From assembly GCA_043228905.1 (NCBI GenBank), contig JBHGNT010000307.1:1-36560 (forward strand): a DNA stretch of 36,560 bases, written 5' to 3'. Under the pieces are notes generated by a model that searched no databases, was not told the DNA's origin, and saw only the letters and a list, made by a program, of their open reading frames with translations. Position 1 is the stretch's first letter, and every line of letters begins with the position of its first letter. Positions 23,366 through 33,840 of the stretch are shown one piece after another. The stretch is from Azolla caroliniana (lineage: Eukaryota > Plantae > Polypodiophyta). Both the position numbers and the translations under genes were made by a program.

Positions 23366-23734
23366 AACTCCCCCTTCACTCCGACATGGGATGTCTCACT
23401 AGTCCGATCCGCTTCTGGCATGCATCCAGCTTGTCGGGTATAAGTACTTTGGGCAGCATATCTGACCCGTTCTCGGCCGTGTGGATCTTCGTCAGCGCGA
23501 ACTCTTGGTCATCTACTCTTTCCCGGATCCAGTGATACCTTCGTTGGATATGCTTCGTCCGGGAATGGTAGGCCGCATTCTTAGCAAGGTGGATGACACT
23601 TTGACTGTCGCAATAGAGCCGGTATTCGTCTTGCCGGATACCAAGCTCTCTGATGAAGTCCTTCATCCATAATATTTCCTTGCCGGCTTCCACAACTGCC
23701 ATGTACTCCGCCTCCATGGTTGACAACACAACCG

Positions 23735-24169
23735 TGTTACCAGCCAGCAAAGGAGTCCAGAGTGGGAAACAGAGAGTTAATTGAGTAGTAGGAATGTGGT
23801 TGTAATTAAGCTATGAGTGTGGACGGACGGACCAGAATCGGTATGCCGTTCCGGATCTGGACCGATCCCGAATAGGTGCGGATGGCACCGTTTTGTAATA
23901 CAGACCGGAAACCTATTTAAAGGCCCGGGTACAATGTAATGAAGGGCGGTGAATTAATAAAGGCTTAGCGTTGTTATCTATTTGTGTTAATTGCCGTTCT
24001 GTCTTAATTGTTATATTTTACGCATGTAATTATGAAAGACGATCATGTTAAGTAACTTAATTAAGTCGGATTAAGCGTTGGGTCTAATCCGGTTGCCGTA
24101 ACACCCTTTGGTGAAGTGTCTTCCGTAGACACCCTGTGTTAGGCCATTGTCCGGCCCTAAGAGTTAACA
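23735..24169 (+). mobile_element. Solo LTR (435 bp) of an unrelated family, TSD AACCG
   Basis: TGTTA...TAACA termini; AACCG at 23730-23734 and 24170-24174; removal restores copia D LQKTVVLSTMEAEY. Orientation inferred from TATTTAAA and AATAAA. Confidence 0.9.
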
Positions 24170-24895
24170 AACCGTCTTCTGCAGCCTCGACTACCACGAA
24201 ACAACTCCCCTGCATATGTCATTACATACCCGGATGTAGACCGGCTAGTATCCACATCAGCCGACATGTCCGAATCGGTAAAACCATCAAGTTGAGGTTT
24301 ACCGGAGCCGAATTGGAGACACATATTTGAAGTGCCCTTCAAGTACTGGAGTATCCATTTGACCACGTTCCAGTGCTCCTTGCTGGGATTGCTCATAAAC
24401 TGGCTCACCACTCCGACTGCGTATCCTATATCCGGTCGGGTACAAACCATTGCGTACGTTAAGCTCCTGACGGCAGAGGCATATGGAACCTTCATCATAT
24501 CCGCCTTCTCTGCTTTCGTCTTCGGGCTTTGCTTACCGGATAACCTGCAGTTTGCCGGAAGTGTCGATCCGACCGGTTTCGCATCTGACATGTTGAACCG
24601 CTGAAGCACCTTTGTAACGTATTTCTCCTGTGACAGCCACAGTTGCTTCGCTGGCCGGTTCCGGATGATATGCATCCCCAACATCTATCTTACCGGACCC
24701 AAGTCTTTCATTGAGAAGGTCCGGTTGAGAGCCTTCTTCAACATTCGTATTTTGGCTTGGTCCCGTCCGACAATCAACATGTCGTCCACGTACAAAAGGA
24801 GTATCAGGAAGTCGCCTCCTTCGAACTTCTTCACAAACACGCAGTGATCGGCCTGCGTCTTGTGGTACCCTTGATCGGTCATGAAGGAGTCGAAA

Positions 24896-24962
24896 TGTCA
24901 GGATTCGAACTCTTGACACGACCATGTTATAATCTAGTATTATGAGTTAACCAAGATATCTA
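24896..24962 (-). other. Antisense tRNA-like / B-box cassette at the start of the chromovirus 2 LTR (second copy at 29793-29859)
   Basis: Minus strand reads TAGATATCTTGGTTAA (weak A-box) ... GTTCGAATCC (consensus B-box core, plus-strand 24901-24910). Confidence 0.55.
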
Positions 24963-25248
24963 GTACTAGTTATGTATGTAATTGGTCCTTATTATTTTGC
25001 TAGCATCATGTGCATAGTTGCTCCCTTGTAGTATTTACACTTGGCACATGCATGCATACCTACATGCTCTATTGTAGATTCACATGCGTGCAACAAGTAT
25101 GCATGCCATGTAGTATAAATAGAGGAGTTCACCTTGAAGGAATTCAAGGTGAACAACACCAGTTATGGAGTCTTTCCTTTAATACTATCTTCTTTCTTGT
25201 CCATTTGGTTATCTTCTTGCTTGTCTCTTGAGTTTATGATCCGTGACA
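24896..25248 (+). repeat. 5' LTR of chromovirus 2
   Basis: TGTCA...TGACA, TATAAATA at 25114-25121; only 2 differences from the 3' LTR seen by eye. Confidence 0.95.
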
Positions 25249-25250
25249 GT

Positions 25251-25262
25251 TTGTTCACCTTG
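25251..25262 (+). promoter_or_regulatory. Self-priming PBS (Tf1/sushi type) of chromovirus 2
   Basis: TTGTTCACCTTG is the exact reverse complement of CAAGGTGAACAA (25145-25156), 31 nt after the TATA start. There is no TGG tRNA-type PBS after the LTR. Confidence 0.85.
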
Positions 25263-25298
25263 CCATCCTCATAGCTCTCCCTCTCATAAGCCATAGCT

Positions 25299-28200
25299 AT
25301 GTCCGACTCAACTAGTGAGTTAGGCCAAATAATGGTAGCCTTACGACAACTACAACTTGAAAATGAAGCTCTTCGAAATTCTTTACAAGAACTTCAAGTC
25401 GGTACCTCCCTATCCTCACAACCCCCGAACCCTAGTCTCCCACAACAACCTAGCCTAGAGCCCGATCTTCTACCAACATCTAGCCTAGCTTCGTCACAGT
25501 TTCTTGAGCCTCCCAGAAAAATTTGATGGAACGAGGTCGCGTTTCCGAGGGTTCATCATCCAAGTTCGACTTATCATTCGGCTACAACCTCAACGTTATG
25601 GAGATGGTCTTCGACAAGTCGGCCTTGTGGGCACCCTTCTCTCCGGTCCGGCCCAAGCTTGGTTTGCACCATTGGTAGAAACCTCATCACCTTTATTGGA
25701 GGACTTTCCCACCTTCCTCGCCGAGTTAGAGGCCACATTTGGAGAGACGGACCGACGACGTATAGCTCTTAACAAGATTTATGCACTCGAACAAGGTTCA
25801 CGTGCAGCTTCGGTCTATGCTTCCGAATTTCGACAACTAGCATGCGACGTCAATTGGGATGATCAAGCTTTAGCTAATCACTTTCGGCGCGGTCTTCGAA
25901 GCAATGTCAAGAATCTTCTCTTAAACTTTCCGGAGCCCACCTCGTTATCCCAAGCGATTTCACAAGCAGTCCATTGTGACAATCGTCTTTTCGAATTTTG
26001 CCAAGAAGAGCGCCAAACTTGGGTTCCACCTCATTCACTTCTACGCCACGCCTCGGTCATACAACCCCAAGCATCCTCACACTCGCCTACTTCGCGGATG
26101 CTCCTATCCCCATGGAAATTGATCAAGCCCGATTTCGGCCATTGACTGATGTTGAACGACAATTTCGGCGGGCTAATGGCTTGTGCATGTATTGTGGCGC
26201 CTCCGGTCATGTCGTTCGCCATTTCCTAGGAGTACTTGCCCACAATTCCATCGAGCTAATGGACCCCAACATCCGGAAAATGACATCGTTCGGTTGTAGT
26301 AGGAGCCATGCAACTGGACATCTCCCGTCGCCCACATTCTCTTGGTTCCATTGCCGGACCATCATGCAATTTCACATTGGAGGTATGGCTTTCGTTTAAC
26401 TCTAGTTCCATTCAGTCTGTTGCTTTACTTGATTCTGGGGCATCTTCTTGCTTCATCGACGTCGCGTTTGCCCAAGCACATAACCCATTCCAGTTGAAGC
26501 CATTGACGGGTGCGTCCTCTCGTCAGGTGCAATTACTCAAGCTACAACCCCATTAGGGCTTCGGGTGGGCTCACACCAAGAGGAGCTCACCTTTTACCTC
26601 ATCGCATCTCCTCGACATTCGATCGTCTTAGGACTAACGTGGTTGGAGGCGCACAATCCAATAGTGGATTGGTGCAACCGCTCGATCACATTTAGCAAGC
26701 CAAGATGCTCGTGCAAAACTATGAAGGTAAATTCAGTTTCCCATCCTTCGGAGACGGTCGACTCCGAATTGACTACCCCATCATCGGTCCAAGATGGGTT
26801 TGTTTGTGGCGCCATTTCTAACACACTCCATGTTATTCCCGAAAAATACCAACACTTCTCCGACGTATTTGAAAAATGTAATGCTGATCGTTTGTCGGAA
26901 CACCGGCTCTACGACTGTCCGATTGATCTTCAAGAAGGTGCGTGTCCACCCTTTGGTCCTCTATATGCGTTGTCTGCACCAGAGTTGAAGGCCCTTCGTG
27001 TGTATCTCGATGAGAACCTCGAGAAAGGCTTTATTCAACCTTCTAAGTCACCAGCTGGGGCCCCCATTTTATTTGTGAAGAAGAAGGACGGCTCTCTACG
27101 CTTATGCGTCGACTACCGAGGTCTCAACAAACTCACTGTGCGCAACCGCTATCCGCTACCTCTGATCCCCGAACTCCTTGATCGGCTCCGAGTTGCGCGT
27201 GTCTTCTCCAAAGTTGATCTGCGTGGAGCGTACAATCTAGTACGCATCAAGCCGGAGGATGAATGGAAGGCCGCATTTCGAACACGGTATGGGCATTTCG
27301 AATACAAGGTAATGCCTTTTGGTCTTACTAATGCTCCCGCAGTTTTTCAACATATGATGAACGATATTTTCCGGGAATATCTTGATCTTTTTGTTGTCAT
27401 TTACCTCGATGATATTCTCATTTTCTCGCCAAACATGGAGGAGCACACTCGCCAAGTCCGATTAGTTCTTGCCAAACTTCGCGAGCATGGCCTTTATGCC
27501 AAAGGCGAGAAATGCGAGTTCGACCGTACCTCGATCGAATTTCTGGGCTACATCATCTCGCCCACTGGCATCACCATGGATATGAAGAAGGTCTCTGTCA
27601 TTCAGGCGTGGGCGACTCCAAGGCGACTTAAAGATGTGCAATCCTTCCTCGGCTTCGTGAATTTTTACCGTCGCTTCATCAAGGGGTTTTCCACCCTAGC
27701 ACAACCTCTTATCGTTCTCACCCATAAAGGCACTCCATTTTTATGGACCTCGGAGGCACAAAATGCGTTCGACTCACTCAAACACGCATTCATCACTGCC
27801 CCGATGCTGCTATGTGCCGACCCCACAAAACCCTTCCAAGTCGAAACCGATGCCTCTGACTTTGCCATTGGCGCCATCTTATCCCAGGCAGACGACAACA
27901 ACCTAATGCACCCAGTGGCTTACTATTCTCGAAAATTTACGGCATCCGAAATCAATTATCCCATTTACGACAAGGAGCTTGCTGCTATCATTGCTGCCTT
28001 TGAAGAATGGCGACCCTACTTGGCCGGCGCACAACATCGTGTCCAAGTAGTGACTGATCATAAAAATTTAGTTTATTTTTCCACCACTCGTACTTTGAAT
28101 CGAGGCAGGCCCGTTGGTCGACATTTCTCGCCGACTACGATTTTGAGATCGTATTTCGACCTGGTGGCCAACATGGGAAGGCTGATGCCCTTTCTCGCCG

Positions 28201-29805
28201 AGTTGACCTTGCACTCCGCCCTGGGGATGCTGCTTATGCTCAACAATCTAGACGTTTGTTGAAACCCGACCAATTGCATCTTTTTGCCACTTGTATGTTG
28301 CAGGATGATTCTTTACTCCAACAAATCACTAATGCGTCCAAGACCGATGCGTTCGCCAACGAGATTCGAGATAGTCTGCAAAACCACTCCAAGGCGACCA
28401 AAAGGAAGGATCTTGACACCTTCACCATACAAGAGGGTTTGTTGTTCCGAGATCATCTCTTATATGTCCCAGAGGGCCCATGTCGCACCCGGGTGTTGCG
28501 GGAATGCCACGATGACCCACTTGCAGGTCATTTCGGGGTCGCGAAAACCCTTGAGCTAATCTCTCGGGGGTATTGGTGGCCACAACCATGGAAGCTGGTC
28601 AAAGAATACATAAAGAGTTGTGAGGTTTGTGCTCGTTCCAAAGCCATTCATCATTGGCCATACGGCTTACTACAGCCGCTTCCATGTCCTCGTCGTCCTT
28701 GGGCCTCTATCTCTATGGACTTGATAACTGATCTACCCTTGGTCAATAACTATGACTCGGTGTTGGTCGTTGTCGATCGGTTTACGAAGATGGCTCACTT
28801 CACTCCATGCTCCAAAACCATTTCCGGAGAAGGAATGGTGCATCTCCTACTCAACAATGTGGTACGCTTGCATGGACTCCTCGATGATGTCATCTCGGAT
28901 CGCGGACCCCTGTTTGTCTCTCACTTCTGGCAGCGCCTGCTACAAACTTTAGGCATCTCTGTCAAGTTGTCCTCCGCTTATCACCCCAAACTGACGGGCA
29001 AACGGAACGTGTCAACCAAATCCTTGAGCAGTATCTTCGGTGCTCGGTTAGTTACCAACAAGATGATTGGGTCAACTTACTTTTGCTCGCGGAATTCGCC
29101 TACAATAATTCTCTCCATGCATCGACTGGCGTCACTCCCTTCTTTGCCAACTACGGTTTACATCCTCGCTTCAACATTTCCCTTCCTACCACTTCCGTGA
29201 ACCCTTCGGCAGAGGATCGTGCCCGCATTTTGGAAGAACTACATCATGATTTATCCTTGGAGCTTATTCTTGCTAATGAACGATACAAGAAGCAGGCTGA
29301 TCGCCATCGATCTTCCACTCCACACTTTGTTGTTGGAGACATGGTCTGGTTGTTACGTCGACACATCTCTACTACTCGTCCATGTGCGAAACTTGATTAC
29401 AAGAAGTTGGGACCATTCCGTATCATCGAGTGTATCAATCCCGTCGCCTTCCGGCTCGCCCTTCCATCCCACTTCCGGATTCACGATGTTTTTCATGTCT
29501 CCCTCCTCGAACCCCATTATGCTTCACAACTCCCAGGACGTCAAGCCCCACCACCACCACCTGTGCAATTGACGACAGGGGAGGAATACGAGGTCGACCA
29601 AATCCTTGACTCGCGTTGGCACCGTCGACACTTGCAATACCTCGTCCTATGGAGGGGTTACCCCATGTCTGAGGCCACCTGGGAACCATCGGCAAATTTA
29701 CAAAATGCCTCAGAGGTCGTCCAAGAATTTCATCACCGATATCCCCACAAACCAGCGGCCGATTTGGGAAGGCGGCGTAAGAGGGGGGATAATGTCAAGA
29801 TTTGA
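25299..29805 (+). pseudogene. gag-pol-chromodomain polyprotein of chromovirus 2, broken into several frames
   Basis: ORFs 25299, 25504, 25998, 26308, 26565, 28256 and 29083 together give gag-PR-RT-RH-IN-CHD. The chromodomain EYEVDQILDSR..YLVLWRGY..ATWEP retains the Y/W/Y aromatic residues. Confidence 0.9.
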
Positions 29806-30145
29806 ACTCTTGACACGACCATGTTATAATCTAGTATTATGAGTTAACCAAGATATCTAGTACTAGTTATGTATGTAATTGGTCCTTATTATTTTGCTAG
29901 CATCATGTGCATAGTTGCTCCCTTGTAGTATTTACACTTGGCACATGCATGCATACCTACATGCTCTATTGTAGATTCACATGCGTGCAACAAGTATGCA
30001 TGCCATGTAGTATAAATAGAGGAGTTCACCTTGAAGGAATTCAAGGTGAACAACACCAGTTATGGAGTCTTTCCTTTAATACTATCTTCTTTCTTGTCCA
30101 TTTGGTTATCTTCTTGCTTGTCTCTTGAGTTTATGATCCGTGACA
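29793..30145 (+). repeat. 3' LTR of chromovirus 2
   Basis: Follows the PPT; near-identical to 24896-25248. Confidence 0.95.
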
Positions 30146-33100
30146 CGAACTTCCGGTACCATTGCCGGGGAGCTTGCTTCAGTCCATAGAGGCTCTTCTT
30201 CAACCGGCAAACTAGGTGCTCCTTCCCTTTCTCCATGAATCCTTCCGGTTGCTGCATGTAGATCTCCTCTTCGAGGTCACTGTGAAGGAATGCCGTCTTC
30301 ACGTCCAGCTGCTCTACCTCGAGGTCCATGCTTGCCGCTATACTTAGCACCGTCCGGATGGAGGTCATCTTTACTACCGACGCAAATATCTCGTCGAAGT
30401 CCACGCCCTTCTTCTGCTGGAACCCCTTCACCACGATCCTGGCTTTGTATCTCGGGGGGTTGCCGACATCTCCCGGTTTCAACTTGTACACCCACTTATT
30501 TCGGAGTGCCCGCTTTCCTTTCGGCAACTCCACCAATTTGTACGTATGGTTCTCATGCAGGGAATCCATCTCACACTGCATGGCACTTAACCATCTTCGG
30601 CTGTGTGTGTCCTCCTTCACTTCTTCGAAGCTTTTTGGCTCCCCCTCATCGGTTAGCAGCACATGCTCTGCATCCGGAAATCTCCGGGGGGCCCTTCTCT
30701 CTCTGAGAGGATATCTCCGTCTCTGGGCTTCGGTAACCGGCTCCTCCATTTGCTCTTCATCCGAATCTGATTCGAGGTCTTGGCCGGTTCCGGTTTCAGC
30801 TTCCTCTACTTCTTCTTCTGCCGGTTCGGTATCCTCACCGTAACCGGCTGGTTCCTCGAGTGCTAACAGGTCTCTTGTCGGTTGGGTCTGCTCATCGTAG
30901 AATCGATCCTTACCGGTCGACTCGGAGTTCATTATCTTCTTCTCCGACTCCCAGTCGGCGAGCGTCTTGTCCTCCATGAAGATAATATCTCGACTCCGGA
31001 ATACCTTCTTGTCGACCAAGTCCCACACTTGGTAGCCAAACTCATCGTCACCGTAACCGAGGAATATGCATGGCCGGGTCTTCGGATCTAGTTTTCCTCT
31101 CCGGTCCTTAGCTACATGCACATACGCAAGACACCCGAATACCTTCAGATGCCGGTAGGATACTTTCTTACCGGTCCATACTCTTTGTGGCGTGTCTCCG
31201 TCCAAGGGTACTGAGGGTGATCTGTTTATCACATATGTCGCCGTCGACAGTGCCTCAGCCCAAAACTTCTTGGGTAGTTTTGTATGCGCCAGCATACTCC
31301 GGACCCTCTCCATTACGGTCCGGTTCATCCTCTCGGCCAGCCCGTTTAGTTCCAGCGTCTTCGGCACGGTAAATTCAAGCCGGATTCCCTTCGAGCGGCA
31401 GTACTCCTCGAACTGCCCCCGGTATTCACCTCCGTTATCTGCTCGAACCGCCTTCAACTTTCGGCCGGTTTCTCTTTTCACTCTCGCGTGGAGCTCTTTG
31501 AAGACGGATAACACCTGATCCTTCGTCTTCAACGGTGTGGCCCACAACTTCCGGCTGTGGTCATCTATGAACATCACGAAGTACTGCGATCTTGCATGTG
31601 ACTTCATGTCCACTTGACACACATCAGTATGCACCAACTCCAGTGGTGCATTACGTCTCATCGGTGGCCTCGATCGGAAGGAGGTCCAGTTTTGCTTTCC
31701 GGCCAAACAATCAGTGCACTTCTCCAAGTGCACGTTCTTCACTGGAATGAGGTTGTCGTCTGCAAGCCTCTTCATCCCCTTCTCGCTCATGTGACACAGC
31801 CTTTTGTGCCACAGCTCACCGGCAGTGTCGGATGCCACGTTCACTTCCTCCGAACATAACCAGGCATTCATCAGGTAGAACGTGTTTACCTTCCGGGCCG
31901 GAGCCACAATCAGGCTCCCTTTGCTGAACTTCATAACACCGTTCCGGATGCTACCCGTGTAGCCTTCATCATCTAGCCGACCGGTTGATATCAGATTCAG
32001 ACGAACCTCCGGAATGTGTCGGACATCCTTCAACAACAGCTTGCATCCAGTTGGTGTTGACAACTACACGTCTCCTATGCCGACAATTCGGCATGTACCT
32101 TCCTTCCCCTTCCGGACACAACCGTGATCAATGGCTGAGTAGGATGAGAAACATTTCCGGGCCGGGGTAAGGTGGAACGACGCTCCGGAGTCGACCACCC
32201 AGGTCATCTCGTCGCCGGCAAGGTTTATCTCACTCTCCTCGGTGATGAGCATCAACTCTTCTTCACTTGCCGCAATTGCCGTCGTTCCCTTCCGGTCCGG
32301 CCCCCTCCGGTCTTTACCGTTCCGGTCCGGTGTCCGCTTCGAATTGGTACCGTCGGTTTCCTTGTCTTTTCGGAAATGCCGACAGTTCTTCTGGAAGTGT
32401 CCCGGCTTGCCGCAATAGAAGCAAGTAGGCCTCCCCCTTGACTTTGACCGCGTCCCCGACTTTTCCTGGTTCTGGGGACTACGGTTTCTATGTCTTCCGC
32501 GTTCCGATTCGGTAAGGAGCGCTTTGGAGTCGGAGCTCGTATCCTTATCTTTCCGACACGCCTCCTCATCTAGCAATCTCGACTTCACTCTTGCTAGGGA
32601 TAACCGTTTCCCTTTAGGCCCGGCGTTGCCCAAAGTGACAACCAACGTCTCCCAACTATTCGGGAGGGAACCGAGCAGGAGTAGTGCTAGTACCTCATCG
32701 GCGAGAGGTACTTCCAATGATGTTGCCTGGTGGATCAGCCCCTGGAAGGCATTCATGTGCTCCGCCATGTTGGAGCCATGTTGGTACCGGAGTCTTACTA
32801 GCTTCCGGAATACCGAAACCTGATTAACATCATTTTTTTTTTGAAACATAATGCCGATCTTCTCCTAGAGCTCATGAGCCTTGCTCTCTTCATTGAAGTT
32901 GTTGTATAGGCTCATGTCGATGAAGCACCGTATGTACGCCGTTGTCTTCATGTGCATCACCTCCCATATCGTGGCGTCGATTTTGTCCGGTCTCTTGTCC
33001 CCGAACTGAACCGGCAACCAAAGATCTTTAACCACGAGCATGTCCCTCATCTTCGACTTCCACACCGAATAGTTGGAGCTGGTGAGCTTGAACATGGCTC

Positions 33101-33146
33101 CCAACGAATCATCCATTTTCAGTGTTGTTTCACTCTGATACCACTT

Positions 33147-33424
33147 TGACAGGAACTGCACGCTCCCTATGCGCAACGCTCGGCCACAACCGAGCTTAGA
33201 ATCATACACAGAAAAAGGGAAATGAAAGCACGACACAATGGAGAGAGGAGTACATAGGATGTTAGTGTGGAAAAACCCAAACTAGGGAAAAAAAACCACG
33301 GCAGCCCACAGACTGCAAACTATCACTATATCAGAATGTACAATAGTGAGCTCACGGAGGCAACGACCTCGTGTTCACGATCTTCGCCACAGGCGGCGGT
33401 TACAACAGAGGCAACGACCTCTTC

Positions 33425-33459
<35 letters not shown>

Positions 33460-33840
33460 CACTGTTACACGCTCTCAGGTCTTGCACCAACAAGAATGAC
33501 AACAACACTATTCTCTGTTTGCCCTAAGTCATATTTATACTAATATGACTTCTCGGCTATTTACAAATATAGTCCTGATGGACTCTCAGAGACATATTTA
33601 CAAATATGTCCCTTCATCCGGTGAGCACTTCTCACGGGGCCTTCACCATCCGGCTCTTGCCTGGTACTCCTCATCCGGTTCACACCGGGTCTTCCGTAGC
33701 CGGGTACTCCTCATCCGGCGCTTGTCGGGTACACCACATCCGGTTCTCACCGGGTCTTCCGTAGCCGGGTACTTCTCACCGAGTTTGCTCATCAGTATTG
33801 TTCTTCTCACTTCCCATCTGGAGGGACCTATTTCCTAACA
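33147..33840 (-). repeat. 5' LTR of copia D (694 bp)
   Basis: Minus strand TGTTAG...CTGTCA followed by the iMet PBS; has an extra internal ~40-bp GGGTAC.CC.CATCCGG unit compared with the 3' LTR. Confidence 0.93.

Larger units (their letters stand above)
24896..30145 (+). mobile_element. Full-length Ty3/gypsy chromovirus 2 (Tcn1-like), young LTRs, defective ORF
   Basis: 353-bp LTRs (24896-25248, 29793-30145), TSD CGAAA/CGAAC, gag, protease LLDSGASSCF, RT (YLDDIL), RNase H, integrase, chromodomain and PPT AAGAGGGGGGATAA. Confidence 0.97.
23376..33116 (-). pseudogene. Disrupted gag-pol of copia D
   Basis: MDDSLGAMFKL start at 33116, zinc knuckle CFYCGKPGHFQKNC, protease WVVDSGASFH, integrase, RT (QLDVKTAFLH; LYVDDML) and RNase H (YHSRTKHI). 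It has stops at ~32865 and ~32064, frameshifts and two insertions. Confidence 0.9.
22716..33840 (-). mobile_element. Full-length Ty1/copia element D (Tnt1-like) with TSD CACAG, carrying two insertions
   Basis: LTRs 33840-33147 and 23365-22716, PBS TGGTATCAGAGTG (33143-33131), PPT GAAGGGGGAG, and CACAG at 22711-22715 and 33841-33845. Confidence 0.96.

Noticed and set aside
22791-23535. Plus-strand ORFs in copia D LTRs (also 33267-33838) and the 73-aa ORFs in chromovirus 2 LTRs as extra genes
   Set aside because: No recognisable domains; they are duplicated only because LTRs are duplicated, and the frames differ between the copia D LTR copies.
30277-32823. Multiple antisense and alternative-frame ORFs over copia D pol
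   Set aside because: Expected shadow ORFs of a GC-rich coding region.
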